DNA from: Nitrospirales bacterium
GTDB taxonomy: Bacteria; Nitrospirota; Nitrospiria; Nitrospirales; UBA8639
Assembly (NCBI GenBank): GCA_965203295.1
Contig: CBDBCZ010000016.1
Location: 1,440,001-1,504,000, forward strand
Direction: 5' to 3'
DNA length: 64,000 nt
Shown: positions 1-27,976 of the stretch, in pieces
Layout of the letters: each line of letters begins with the position of its first letter
Position numbering within the stretch: position 1 is the first letter of the stretch
Made by a program: the position numbers and the translations under genes
The notes under the pieces: generated by a model
Databases searched by the model: none
What the model was told of the DNA's origin: nothing
Seen by the model: the letters and a program-made list of their open reading frames with translations, nothing else

Positions 1-372
1 TCTGCCGTCTCCAGCTGGTACTAGCAACTACGACTTCCTCTTGAGGAGGCCCTCCGCCCTGCTGGAGGCGCAATACGAGGCAAGCCAGTAGTCGTTGTAT
101 ACTCGAGTGCTCAACCCCGCCTTTTTAATTGTTTCACAATCCAGCACTTGCTGGTATTCCTACAAGTGTAGCACGTGGAGGCTATAAAAGTGCTTTCGAG
201 CATTAAAAATCGAAGCATGTGAAGTCTACGAGATGGCTGATAGACTGTCGGCTAGCCGTATACGTAGTTACAGTCTGCCAGCTCATATGATGGGCGTGGG
301 GCTTTTTTGGGAAGAGGAAGGCCAGGTCACATTTGAGGTTTGTTTTTGATATGTGTAGTAGTAGTGTATAGC

Positions 373-410
373 TAGTCTCGTGCCTAAAATAGGGTCTGGG
401 CACGAGACTA
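373..410. mobile_element. 38-bp hairpin element with 9-bp TSD
   Basis: tagtctcgtgcc...ggcacgagacta flanked by gtgtatagc on both sides. Confidence 0.75.
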
Positions 411-1203
411 GTGTATAGCCACATGTAGCTGGCAAGAGCCTTGGCTAGTGCAACAAATTCCTTATGATATCTGAGATACTCGCGAATACCAAATTTAGAA
501 GTCCATCAAAACACGGTTGCTCAGTTGCTATGAAACCCCCCTCCCCCCTAAGATAATTACCCTCGTCACCCTGAATCTGCCCCACCTCCTTTAATCTTTT
601 CCACACAGTGATCAAACGTTGTCATTGTTTTTCCCTGTGGCTGCAAAATATTATCTGACACAAGACCGTGCAAATTATCTGCTCCAAAGCACCACTATTG
701 TATGGGTTGCACAACCAGTCGATGATTAAAAGCTAAGAATTGACACCGTCTCAGTTTCAAGGTGGTTCCCTGTGACTGTTAACCAGTGGCGTAGCTGCTG
801 CCAATTGTGCTCCCAGTGCCCCACCAACTGGACGGGTGGAGCATTTCGTGCAGTGAGCAGCGGATGCACGAAACTGCTTGTAGCTAACTACTCGAGTACA
901 TACATCTGCAGAGTCGTGCCGACTAATAGTTCACTTGTGTGACCCGAATTGGTTTAGCTACAAGTGATTTAGCCAGAAAACGTTTCCGCGCTTCGTGTGC
1001 ATTCTCACAGAATCTGTTGTATACACATGCGTGCCCAAGCAACTATTTCATCCTGGCTACGCCACTGCAATGTTAACTACTGCTTTGATTTGTACGTATG
1101 TTGACCACCACAGTGGCAATTGTGCCCCCCCCCCTCCCTTGTATTGTATGCATCTTCACTCGTGTATGCACAACTTACACAAACATACACACATGCACAC
1201 ACA

Positions 1204-1254
<51 letters not shown>

Positions 1255-1257
1255 CAG

Positions 1258-16515
<15,258 letters not shown>

Positions 16516-18605
16516 CCACCACTCATGATAGACTGTGTGCTGTTTGTCCGGCTTGAGAAGTTGACATACAGCATCATTTGTTGTTGTTTTTTATATACTG
16601 CAAAAAAATCCGCAGATTCTGTATTGTAGTATAATATATAGCAAAGAATCTTGCCGTTTTACACTCATGCTTGCACACCAGTTTGTGTGGGCGTGGTATC
16701 CCTCAGAGTGTCTTACTGTTTACCTGGTGGGACGTACCATTCCAACATGTGCCAACCTGGACCCGGAATCAAAATTAATGCTATTTTCGATTCTTATCCA
16801 CTATCTCAGAGTGGCTATTCCCCAGAACCTATTAATTTACAGGTTTCATACGTGTCGTCGAGTAATCAATTTCCGGCACGTGCAAACCAAACCCATAAGC
16901 AAATTTAAGATTTTACCGAGCTAATAAGACTATGTCGAAAACCTGGAGTGCTGAGCGTCAGTATAGGTTGCAGTTTCCTCAGAAACTGATTGAGGTTCAG
17001 CACCTGCAGTTCGGGTGCTGATCGACTGATTGGAGGGCAGAGTACAATGTCAGTTTTTGTAATATCAGAACCATGCAGTGTAGACTAACTCGGCAATGCT
17101 TGTTTATAGCATAATTTGCTATAATATTGCAATACGTCTGCATCAACTGATTGAGTTTCAGCGCCTAAACTGAAGTGCTGAACTTCTGTAGATTATGGCC
17201 ATTAGCCAGCCCAGCAACTGATTGCGGCTCTGCAGGTTACAGCTATATATAGCAGTCTAGCAACCGATGGAGGTTCAGCACATAATACTTAGGTGCTGAA
17301 CTTCAGTAGGTTACGGTTTTACCAGAAACCGTAGTCACGTACCTACTACGAGGCTACAGAAACCGCGGGTACTAGGTGTCAGCTACATGTCATGATGATG
17401 AAAAATGAGAAGAAAAAAAAGAGGGAGGCCACACCTCTTTGCTTCCCACCTAGCCCATGGCATTCCCCCCCTGACTGTAAAAGCCCGAGGGTGTACGGCG
17501 CATCACCTCCACCAGCCAAACTAGCCAGGGATTCCTCCCAAGGGACTATCAGGAACCGAGGCCACATGCCCTCGCTTGGTCTCCCATCAGGAAGGACTCC
17601 GGTTTTTTGAGGAAGGATCAAGGGAGGAACCCGGACGGACCCTAGGCCGTATCGTCCGAGACCACGGTGGAAGTTTTCCTTCCACACTTACCAACCTCAA
17701 CCGGGCTTCCCGAAAGAAGCGACCAGCACTCGACCAGACCTTTTGCGCACCCCGAAGGGTACTGGGTCTGGCCACCGGCTGACAGCCAATAAATGGCTGC
17801 ACCAGAGGAGCCAACTCGGCCTTACTCTAGTGTCTTCCCAAGGCAATTTGCATGTACTCACAGCGATGAACTCTGCGAGGTGACCCGAAGTGAAACGCTG
17901 AAGGGCCGCTTTTTATACCCCCACTGTTGTAATTTGATTATGGGTTTTGCTTGCGATACGGCGCGGCAGCAACTGATTGCTCAGCAGCTGTGTTTCTGAG
18001 GATAATACCATAGCCCCCCCCCCCCCCCCCCCCCCCCCCCCAAATCTTGCAGCACGGCTACGTAACAGATCAGAGCGGGGGCCGGGGGGGGGGGGGGGGA
18101 ACGCGAAGTTTCCGGAAACCCCCCATTCAGTAATATGCAAGGCAGGCTGGCCCAGGCTGAGTGCCACTGGGAGCTGGCTGGCCTCGCGAAACTACTGCCG
18201 GCCGTCTTGCAGCAGTGTAACGATCTGTTGAATGTTCAGCAGCAGCTCTGCCTCGCGGTTTCATCACCACAGGTAGTCTAGACTAGACTAAACCAGCGGG
18301 TCCGACCCTCAAATTAAGGTCTGGGGCGGATTATCAGTCTGAGCAGCAAGACAAGCACTGAATAAATTGATCCATTATCATACTATTACAGTGCTTTTGC
18401 GGTTACATGTACTGCTGCCTCAATCTGTCAGTATAGTTTTCAAAAGTTAGGGTCAGACAAACGGGAGGGGGGAAACTAGCTAGCTGCATTGAATGAGTGT
18501 CGACATACAGGATATAGTGAGTGCACATGAGCGGGCACTACCCATTCAACTTCCTGCCAGACCAATACGTAGCCACGTCCAATATTTTTAGAAGTAGCAA
18601 TGTTG

Positions 18606-18668
18606 TAGCCTCATACCCAGGCCTTCCTGCGAAAATGCAGTGAGGGAAAAGGCCTGGGTATGAGGCTG
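18606..18668. mobile_element. 63-bp hairpin element with 9-bp TSD
   Basis: tagcctcatacccaggcctt...aaggcctgggtatgaggctg flanked by gcaatgttg twice. Confidence 0.75.
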
Positions 18669-19163
18669 GCAATGTTGTCATATAGAATTTCCTTTTTGAC
18701 TTTGGAGACTATTTTGCTGGTAGATCTTACAGCCATGAATACCAGTAATTTTACCACTTCCGGGTATGTGTATTGCTGTACATGATTGAGTGTGGCTGCC
18801 AGTTTTTTGTGGAGACAAGAATATTTTGACGTAGCCTATATCTGGTATAAAATATAAACTCTCCATTTTGTAGGAGCTGGCACAGGAAGTAAGGATCTGA
18901 GGTATTCCTGTAATTGAAATTATTAGGGTAAGCCACAAATATATTTAGTAGTATTTACATGGCTGCCAAATGTAGATTAAAGTAAACTTCCCTTCATGGT
19001 AGCTAACCCTGAAGTGCGGCTTTTGAAGGTAGTTAGTGATCTACATGCATCTATGGCTTCTAGGAGCGCATAATGACGTAAGAAAAAGGTAAGAGAGTAG
19101 GAGCGGGAAGCGCCCACGCGAAAGATTGAATTTCGGAAATTTACCCACGGTAGATCTGTTACT

Positions 19164-19639
19164 ATTTTGGGCACGCACGTGCCTCGAGTCCATCAAAGAA
19201 ACAACGTTGTTTGCTGGACTAGACAGCTCTTGCACACATTACAACAGTGAATCTTACCATAGAATCGAGCGAATACGTTTGTGTAGCTGTTAGTGATCAT
19301 TTATCTGCCAACCGTTGTGCTACAGGCGGAGGTACGGACCTACAGACCAGCAAAACAACACCTACTCATCGGATTACTCTTACCAGGCTCTGAGATTTGA
19401 TTCTGAAGATGCTGTACTTAGTGAAGACAAGTTCAAAAGCGGCAGTTAATTGTCACCGTCACTGAGAGTTGCCTTGGTATTGACGCCACTGGCCAGCAAG
19501 CGCTTGACAGTGAAGAGTCGCATGCGGTTTTGTCGGGGTTGCTGAACGTTGTAGGGAGTAGTATCGCGTTACTAGACGGCTGTGACCTGTTTCAAGCTAT
19601 TCACAAGCTAACAGTCTAGAGCACGTGCGTGCCCAAAAT
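19164..19639. mobile_element. Putative non-autonomous element bounded by 19-bp perfect inverted repeats
   Basis: attttgggcacgcacgtgc ... gcacgtgcgtgcccaaaat. Confidence 0.5.
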
Positions 19640-19786
19640 CACATTCTTACAACAACTATATAGGCCTTGCCCAAATATGCCAGCATAATTTTGGGTAGAA
19701 AATAGCATCATGAATATTATGCCAGTATACATTGATGCTGTGGTTTTATGTGCCATTATGGTTGGTAGTATTGCTCATTCTCTTCA

Positions 19787-19839
19787 GGAAATCTGTCAAC
19801 CTTCGCTATGACTACCAGCATGCCAAGTTCTTCAGGGAT
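19787..19839 (+). pseudogene. Isolated decayed copy of part of PDE2A exon 7980-8061
   Basis: ggaaatctgtcaaccttcgctatgactaccagcatgccaagttcttcagggat vs ggaagtctgtcaacattcgtgatgcctacaagcatcccaagttcttcagggat (46/53 identical, no gaps). Confidence 0.75.
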
Positions 19840-19990
19840 CAGAGGTATTCCTGTTGTTGCAATTAATTAGGTCAGCCACAATATTAAGTAGTTGCATGGT
19901 AGACTAATGTAGTAAACCAAGATTAAGTGACCTATACTTCATGGTAGCTACATTTACCCCTTAAGGGTGGCTTTTAAGTAAAACAACTTA

Positions 19991-20196
19991 CCGTATAGAG
20001 CCAAATTTTCGAGGCGCATAATTTTCGCGGTTTTGCGGATTGGCCTCCAACTGCGAAAATTAAGCTCGTGAAATGTTTCGTCGTATATATACGCGTGTAC
20101 ACAAAGCATCCTTGGTTCGCAAATTTTTTTTCCGCGAAATGTTCAGTATGACCAAACCACAAAAATTGTGTGCCTTGAAAAATTGCCGCCATACGG
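19991..20196. mobile_element. MITE with CCGTA termini and TA TSD
   Basis: ta|ccgtatagagccaaattttcgaggcgcataatttt ... aaaattgtgtgccttgaaaaattgccgccatacgg|ta; right-end relics also at ~29245-29327 and ~56182-56262. Confidence 0.75.
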
Positions 20197-20503
20197 TATT
20201 TAACTACTGATCTACATGCATCTATGGCATGCTAGTAGCTATTCGAGACCAACTTAAAGTGAGCCTTGTGCTATACGTAATCCTGAGAAGCCAGTTGGTT
20301 ATGAAAAGACAATAACAAAAAACACTATAGCTGATACAAGAAAAAGGTTATACCTACAAAACATAATAGGGTAGAAACGTGTATTGCTGCCTTATGTATT
20401 GACATTGGTGAATAATGATGTTGACACAATGTACAGCTCAGCAAATTGTGTTAAAACATCCTACATGTGCATGTATAAAGGAGGCATGGGAGGTGGTCTG
20501 AAA

Positions 20504-21676
20504 CTACTGAACGTAGAGTTCAATTACTTCAAGAGGAGTATCTTCCCGGCTCCTTGTCACACCAGGTCGCAATATACGATTGCCTGTTCGGAAGGAAGCA
20601 CACAGTCTCACATCTATATTATCAGTGGTGGGTGCAATGTCTGTGCGGAAGTAGGGAGGTCTGTTGAACTGACAGCAAGTGTTACGTCGCCCGCAACCTC
20701 TACCGTCCCACAGTGGAGCTTCAAGGTGAAATCGGTCCTCGGGCACACCGGTGACCTGGCTTCCGGTATCGCAGAAGAAATTTCTCCCAATATATGGGGG
20801 TACTAGAGGTAATACATCTCCCGATGGTGTTTCTCCTTCCGTGCAGGGACAAGCTCTTCGTTTGTCCGCAAACTCGCTCTGTGCAGCTGCGAATGTCCAG
20901 ATATGGGTACGATGTCCACTCTGTCCATGGGTGATGCTAACTCCGTCGACATATTCCTCATCGATAGTGGCATTGGTCTCATCGTAGTAGATGAAACCAT
21001 CAGGTGCTTCACGCTGATACCCGATAACCTTACCACACACGCGAGAGTACTCCACACCTTGCACACTGTAGGGAACAGCATCACAGCCTGGCATCCTGCG
21101 GTTTTCAACTCGGGTGCACAGCCTCCTTGAGCTGTCGCCTGGTGGTGAAATTGTCACCAAAGGCTGGGGACAGGAGTTGCACTGGGTATTGTTCATGTTG
21201 AGATTGGCCACCCTCATCCACCCCCTGGAGCCACCACACGATCGGTCGTCATCATGGACCTCCAGATCACAGTAGACCAGCACAGCATCACGTACCGTAT
21301 TTCTTATCCAGTAGTTGCCAGAGGTTGCACAGGAGCAGCGGGCAGCCAGATCCTGGCAGGAAGCTGCAGGGTTCTGAGGTGTTCCGATACTGCAGCACAA
21401 AAGAATGTTTGCTTCAAAGCTATCGCATGCGCAGGTCCTGACATTGGCACGAGGAGGTGGGGTCACGGTAGGGTCTTCACAGCAGTTACACTGCTTGTCT
21501 TGTAGTGTCGTATTGATGTCGGTCAGCCGTCGTAGGATCTCTTGTGATGAACTGTCGATTACTTCTCTGCACGAATGGTCTTCTATTTCAACTGCATTGC
21601 ACCTGTACAGTTGTTGGCTACTGACTGTGGTGAGAATACCACAGATAGCTAGGATCAGAAGTGCCTTGTTGAACAT
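20504..21676 (-). CDS. Secreted Cys-rich protein with fibrinogen/COLFI-like C-terminal domain, array copy 1 (type A), 390 aa, single exon
   Basis: Hydrophobic signal peptide MFNKALLILAICGILTTVSS, short amphipathic segment, then GTPQNPAASC...SGNYWI...VYCDL...GWMRVA (fibrinogen-related/collagen COLFI N-subdomain pattern) and YSRVCG..IGYQ, YVDGVSITHG, HIWTFAA, PLWDG.GC, ELYVQ, typical of a family I recall as expanded in demosponges. Confidence 0.9.
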   Translation of the reverse strand: MFNKALLILAICGILTTVSSQQLYRCNAVEIEDHSCREVIDSSSQEILRRLTDINTTLQDKQCNCCEDPTVTPPPRANVRTCACDSFEANILLCCSIGTPQNPAASCQDLAARCSCATSGNYWIRNTVRDAVLVYCDLEVHDDDRSCGGSRGWMRVANLNMNNTQCNSCPQPLVTISPPGDSSRRLCTRVENRRMPGCDAVPYSVQGVEYSRVCGKVIGYQREAPDGFIYYDETNATIDEEYVDGVSITHGQSGHRTHIWTFAAAQSEFADKRRACPCTEGETPSGDVLPLVPPYIGRNFFCDTGSQVTGVPEDRFHLEAPLWDGRGCGRRNTCCQFNRPPYFRTDIAPTTDNIDVRLCASFRTGNRILRPGVTRSREDTPLEVIELYVQ

Positions 21677-21784
21677 TCTCTTTTCCCAAGTGAGGAGTAG
21701 CTGATGGAGAATCGAAGGTGGTATATTTATCCACTTTGTTTAGGTAGCTGTGAGATTTGCTGCCTTGTGACAAAAAGACATTCA

Positions 21785-21792
21785 TTTATATA
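21785..21792 (-). promoter_or_regulatory. Candidate TATA box (TATATAAA) of array gene copy 1; same motif at the same position for all five copies
   Basis: Plus-strand ttcatttatatag about 110 bp upstream of each ATG (also near 31146, 41262, 48916, 58053). Confidence 0.5.
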
Positions 21793-24060
21793 GACTCAAA
21801 ATGAATCTGCACAAGTGGCAAGAGTCCACAGTGCAAAGAAAAGACTTCCAAATATGGCCTGGATAGTGTAATTGACACTTGTTTGGCTTGGTTGTGATGC
21901 TGTATGACTGAAGCAAGCTTCATAAAACATGATTGTGTGGGTTGAAAAATTCTTCTCAAATTAGGAAGTGTTGCCTAGTTACCAGTTATCATAGTGAGGT
22001 CAGTGACCTAGCTCATTTCCTGGCAACTAGTCAAGGCTAGTAAACATGTATGCATCTCCTGGGTGATTGTTTATGCACATTGTGTTTTCAAGCTCCTTCT
22101 GCAGTTGCTGGTGGCAAATATATGGAAATACTATTTGCGATTCATGGGTCAACACAGAGGCAGATGTAAATGTGATGAAGTACGACTAAAACAAGCTTAA
22201 AAGGCGTAAGCTAATCAAAACAACCTGATGAGGTAGGCACATCTCAAATTCTGCTACAAGTGGCTCGTGGAACAAAGTCTAGAATGTGGTTACCTAACAA
22301 ATTATTATATACCTGTTGCACAGCCTCAGGACACTGCACCATGAAGCAAAATAAGTGGCAATGCAGAGAGCATACCAGTTGGGGGGGGAGGGGTATCTAT
22401 ATGTATATGTATATGAAAACAGTAGTCTTCTGGAAGCCTTGACTATATAGTTGCCAGTCAGTATACATGTATAAGCGTGATTGTTTATACACCACCCCAA
22501 ATATGGTCTGGAGTCAACAGAAAGAATTATGGTGCCCATCAAAGCTGGTAACTAGGCAACTGATATAGGTATGGTTCCTAGGTAGCCACCTATGTCAAGG
22601 TCAGGGTGTCCTGACAGTCTCTAAACAGCTAAAATACCTGCCTGAGGGCACTAACCAGCTTTGACTATGGTTTCCAGCTTTCAATTTCTCGATATGAAAT
22701 ATAAGATTTTGATGAGGGGTCTAGTAACTCTATTCATATTGTGCAAACCACAGAGCAAATGCTACACACATAACCCACTTGTATTCATTCCTTGGCTTTG
22801 CCTCGGAATAACATTGTCACACAACCCGCAGTTGGGTGTTGGTCTGTCCTATATATTATGGTTACCTTATGCAGGAAACTACTCTTCATGGTACCTATGC
22901 CTGAAAAGTGGCTTTGATGAGCAATGAATGTACATGTATGGCTTCACATTCAGAAAAATTCTCGCAGAACTAAATTCTGAAGAACCTCAGAATGTGAAGC
23001 GATATATAGCTAACAATTAAGGTGTCACTTGCAATGAAGCTTACCTTCTCACCTTCTTTGCATGCAAGTGAATGACAGTCCTCTCCTTGTTTAATGTATA
23101 TTCGAAAAAAAAGGAAAGCAACATGCAGCTATAATTGTGTGATAATCTACAAGGGTTTCGGTATCTGTTTAATTATTGTATTCTTTGGAGGACGAAAATC
23201 TGTTGGTGAAATTAATGTTCACATGCAGTATTTTGTGGGACCAAACAACTCATTCTCTGCATGTGCATGCAAGTGGATGACAGCTCGCTCCTTGCTAAAC
23301 GGAAAATGGTGGAGTGACATGCATCTACAGTTTGTGTGATGGTAACTTTGCTGTTAGCAACATGCAGAAGGAGTTCCAAATATGGCCATAGAATGGTTTG
23401 GGTTCAAGTATCTCTGTAATTGACAATTGTGCCACTTGTTTGTCTTACTTGTGGGGGAATTAGACTTTGCCCCCTCTCTCCTGTTGCCTAGCTACCAGTT
23501 TTGGTACAGCATCATAGTGACCACACTTGGTGTGTTCTCAGTCAGTGACGTAGCTTATTGCCTGGCAACTAGTCAAGGCTAGTAAGAATGCAGGAGTATC
23601 CTGGGTGATTGCTTATCCATCTAGGGTGTTTAAGCTCCTGCATGTTGCTGGTGGCAAAAGATATACTCTAACCTTTATCACACAAACTGTAGCAGCATGT
23701 CAGGCTATTTGTCCGAATGTACATTTAGCAAGGAGAGGGCAGTCATATTTCTGCGTGTGGAAAATGATTATGTTTGGTCAAACCTCTTCTGGAAATGTAC
23801 AGTGCTCCAAACGAAAGTTAATGATTATTGTATTCTTTTGAGGGCAAACGTCAGTTGGTAAAATCTATGTTCACATCCATTACTTTGAAAAAAGCCACAC
23901 TTCATGCCCATGAAAAGTAGTTTCCTGCATTAGTTCACCTAAACTGAGGTGAAAGGAGATGGACCGATCACAAATCTGTCCTCAGAGTAAGACTGTTTAG
24001 CCACAGAACTCATGAGAATGGTAAGTGAGGAGATGAAAATGTACCATGCAAGAAACCCTT

Positions 24061-24143
24061 GCAATATCCCTTGGGAAGCTGGCAATATCCCTTGGGATAC
24101 TGGCAATATCCCTTGGGATGCTGGCAATATCCCTTGGGATGCT
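24061..24143. repeat. 21-bp tandem repeat x4 (gcaatatcccttgggatgctg)
   Basis: Directly visible; deleted in the paralogous segment at ~51180. Confidence 0.9.
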
Positions 24144-25305
24144 AGTGGGCATCACAAATGTGGACAAGTTGTAGTGTATCTCACGGATGTCTCGTTTTGT
24201 GTAGCTACAAACATCCTGATTTTGGGTAGTGGCTAGGAACGAGCCTAGGGAAAAACTTCCATATAAGGTAATGAAACAATGTAATAGTTCAAGGGTCACT
24301 GTAATTGACAATTGGGGCACTTGTTTGGCTTGTATGTGACCTGTATGAGTGGGTAAGGTAGCTCATGCAATGTACAGGCAATGTGCTACCTAAGAAACCT
24401 TGTTGCCTAGTTACCAGTGTTGATGCAGCATCACAGTGACTCTGGACCATATTTGGTATTGCGTATAAACATTCAGTGATGTAGCATATTGCCTGGCAAC
24501 TAGTCAAGGCTACATGAGTCTCCATGGTGATTGTTTATTGACATTGACTAATTTTGAAGCGCTGTAGCTACATTTCCTGTTTTTTGGCTGTAGCTACATT
24601 TCCTGTTTTTTGGCTTACCTGTGACTCTGTATGACTATTGCAAGCTTCAAAGTCTTAGCCAAAAAACATGATAGTGTGGGTGGAAAACCCTACCATGGTT
24701 CTCAAATTACACCCTCAAAGTGTTGCCTAATTACCAGTTATGATACAGCATCACAGTGACAGTCAGTGACCTCCTGGCAATTAGTCTAGACATGTATGCA
24801 ACTCCTGGGTGATTGTTTGTACACATAGGGTGGTGAAACTCCTTCTGCATGTTGCTGACAGCAAAGATACCATTACACAAACTGTAGCTGCATGTCACTC
24901 CGCCATTTTCCACATGTACATTTAGCAGGGAGCTGATTGTCATCTACTTGCATGCACATGCAGAGAATGATCCCACCTTTTTCGGAAATGTACAGTGCTC
25001 CAATATTTCATTTTCTGCATACAAGTAAATGACAGCTCTTTCCTTGTTAAATGTATATTCGGACAAAAAACGAAGCGACATGCGGCTATAGTTTGTGCGA
25101 TAAACTATAAAGTTTCAGTATCTGTTTAATTATTGTATTCTTTTTATGACAAAAATCAGTTGGTGAAATTAATGTTCACATCCATTACTTTGTTGCTTCA
25201 TTGCAAGTGACACTTTGTTTGCTATTGCTTCACATCCTGAACTGATTTAGAATTTAATTTTGCACTGGATAGAATTTTTTTGTACTTGAAGCCGTACATA
25301 TGTAG

Positions 25306-27976
25306 AATGTCATGAGAGTATAGATAAAATAGTTAAGGAGCATTTACAATACATGAATAGTAACAATATTAAGATACCTGAAGAAATGATTCGATTGCCA
25401 ACATTTTATTGGCTTCCAAGATGCACAAAACACCAGTAGGCAGTAGATTTATAGCCGCCTCAAGTAGCTGTACCACAAAACCATTATCTAAATTACTGAC
25501 TACCTGCCTTATTATCCACCACTACAAAGAATATAATGAAGGGCTAACTAAAAAGTCGGCTGCCAATGGTTTTTGGATTGTCAATAATTCTACACAGGTA
25601 CTTAATAAATTGCGTAAACTGAATGACACTACTACAGCTAGTCACTTTGACAGTTTTGATTTTTCTACCTTGTATACTAATATCCCACACGACTTATTGA
25701 TTGATTGCTTGGATAACTTAGTTAAAGAGGCCTATCGGGTTAGGGGTGCTACATATATTTCAGTAGGTTACAAAACCTTCTGGTCCGATAAAACCTATAG
25801 AGGGCATACTAACATTACTGTAGATAAGCTTATAGAATACATACAATTTCTGATAAACAATATATACATTAAAGTTGGTAACAGAGTGTTTAAACAAACA
25901 ATCGGAATACCTATGGCTGCGGACTGTGCACCACTACTGGCTAACCTTTTCCTCTTTTTTAGGAGTATAAGTACGTTAAAGATAAACTTAAAACTAATCC
26001 TAGAGGAGCTAGGCTGCTCAGACATACTGTTAGATACATTGACGACTTGCTCACACTAAATAACCCCACCTTTGAACAGGAAATACCAAAATATTTACCC
26101 CCCACAACTGCAATTAAAGAAAACTACTGAAATTCCAGTAAAATTATCTTACTTGGATATCTGCATAGAAATAAAAGAAAGAAAATTTAAAACTTCGGTC
26201 TATGACAAAAGAGATGCCTTTAACTTTCATATACCGTAGAATCGAGAGTATAGCGACCCATCAATTACAGCAACCCCATATATAGAACAACCCGTCATCA
26301 TTTCACCGCCCACTTCCTGAATAGTATGACCTCTCCAGTACAACAACCTCATAATTAATTTTACCTATCACAATTGTTATTACTGCAGCAACTGTTCTAA
26401 ATATCCGTCTAAATTTCAAAATTCATTACTAACGTTTGCTAACCAGCGCTCAGCATGCAGCGTGTAGAGATCGAAAAACGTAGTTTGCAAGGCTGAAAAA
26501 CTCTTGCATGAAAGGCCATCATGTTTTCTAGAGTGAATCAAGACCTGGAGATACATTTTCCTGTGTTGGAGAACCTGGTAACCTCACAGTCCCGACGCAG
26601 TGATTGTGAAACTTAGCAAATTATAGCAGCCATTTCAGCCGTGTTCCCGACTTGCTCGCCCGTGTTTTGGCGCCTATGCTGCGAGATAGAACGCATGGAG
26701 GGAACTGATTGCTACGCTCAATGCTACTCGCTTTATATTACCCCATAAAAACATGAACCCTAGGAATATAACAACCCATTGGCTCTACTAATTCTGAATA
26801 GAACGACCGGTCGTTATACTCCCGATTCTACAGTAGTTAATTTTCCTTTCCTAGATAGTAATATCCCCACTAAGCCGGCATATGGAGTTTATATCTCCCA
26901 GTTAGTAAGAATAGGTAGAATATGTAGCCAATATGAAGATTTTAAGAATAGACACCACTTACTGGCTAATAGACTACTTAAACAGAGCTCTAAGTACGAC
27001 CAATTATGTTTATATTTCAAAACGTTTAGTAGTAAATATCTTTGCTAAATTTAAGGTGACCCTAGAACAACATATTAAAGATAGTATACCACTGCCTCTA
27101 GCTACCATGGGAAGACTTAATAGACTGGTTACAGTTAGGTAACTAGCTAAATGTTAGTGGGGTGCTCTAGATAGGAAGAGGAAATGATGTCACAGATTGT
27201 TTATATTTTGCAGGTGTCTGTAGTTTTTGAATTTCTAGGCAGTTTTAACATTTGTAGTCAGTTTTTAGTTAGTTTTTGCAAGAGGAGTTTCAAGAACTGG
27301 TTGGGGAGTATTTAACAAGGAGGAATGGTGTTGGGGTAAGATATAGAAGCTAGAGCCTAAAAGTGAGTTATATACAGCACCTTGTGGTTATGTAACAACA
27401 TGCTATATAGGAGTTGGGCCCCGGGAGGGCTGGGGGCTGCTTGGTTCAGGGCCGCTTGACAATTTTTAAAGTTTCATAAGCTTTTTAACCTTTTAACTTC
27501 TTGTAGGAGATTTCTCCGAAGGGTTTTTTTTAACAGAGGGAAGACCTATTTGGTCCCCTTTTTTAACCTTTTTAAGAAAACTTTTTAACTATTTTTCAAA
27601 TTTTTACTTTCTGCGGTCACGGGCTAGGTGGTCTCTGGTTTTTTCCGGGTCCCGGGTTCCCTTGGTTACGATCGGAGCTTTTTCTACTCTTTCTATTCTT
27701 TTCTCTATTTCTCTATTTCATGATTTCTATTTTTCTACTTTCCATTTGGATTTTATTATGCCTGATTTGCAATATGCTCAATTAGATAAGTCATGTGTTT
27801 AACTAGATTGTAATATAAGGGGCTGCAGTAGTGTAGATATAGTTTCGTGGGTTAGGATAGGTATAAGGACTGTTTTAGGTTTTAGGCCTCAAGCTAGTGA
27901 GTGCAATAATAATGATTAGGATACCCTTTCAGTTTTCATGTATATCCCATAGCCTTGTTTTACTTATTAAAGCTAT
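25306..27976 (+). mobile_element. Degenerate, 5'-truncated Penelope-like retroelement (RT + thumb + long T-rich 3' tail), copy 1
   Basis: Frameshifted ORF pieces: PTFYW(L)PKMHK, FDFSTLYTNIPH, KQTIGIPM, RYIDDLL (26033), YLDI, VYDKRDAFNFHI/VNFPFLDSNIP..AYGVYISQLVR. Interrupts the host module gaagccatacatgtag...taggtaccatga. Boundaries approximate. Confidence 0.85.
26234..26833. mobile_element. 600-bp MITE (Tc1/mariner/pogo-type) inserted in the Penelope-like RT
   Basis: TIRs ccgtagaatcgagagtatagcgacc / ggtcgttatactcccgattctacag, TA on both sides; removal restores ...FNFHI-VNFPF... Confidence 0.9.

Noticed and set aside
1..160. Possible minus-strand exon (tag|EYQQVLDCETIKKAGLSTRVYNDYWLASYCASSRAEGLLKRKS*)
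   Set aside because: It has an AG and an open frame, but I recognise no homology and found no partner exon; not supportable from this window
1060..1100. Candidate first PDE2A coding exon (ATG at ~1070)
   Set aside because: Nearby GT donors give phase 1 or 2, but exon 1258 needs phase 0; start left undetermined
17379..18231. GC-rich ORFs downstream of PDE2A
   Set aside because: Short, driven by poly-C/poly-G runs, no recognisable domain
20384..21704. Plus-strand ORFs overlapping each array gene
   Set aside because: Antisense shadows that recur only because the genes are near-identical
22224..22252. ctgatgag...ctcaaa as a hammerhead ribozyme core (also at 41703)
   Set aside because: The required GAAA after stem II is missing and I found no stems I/III
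26779..26833. N-terminal part of ORF 26779-27048 as part of the RT
   Set aside because: It is the right TIR of the inserted MITE; RT sequence resumes at VNFPF
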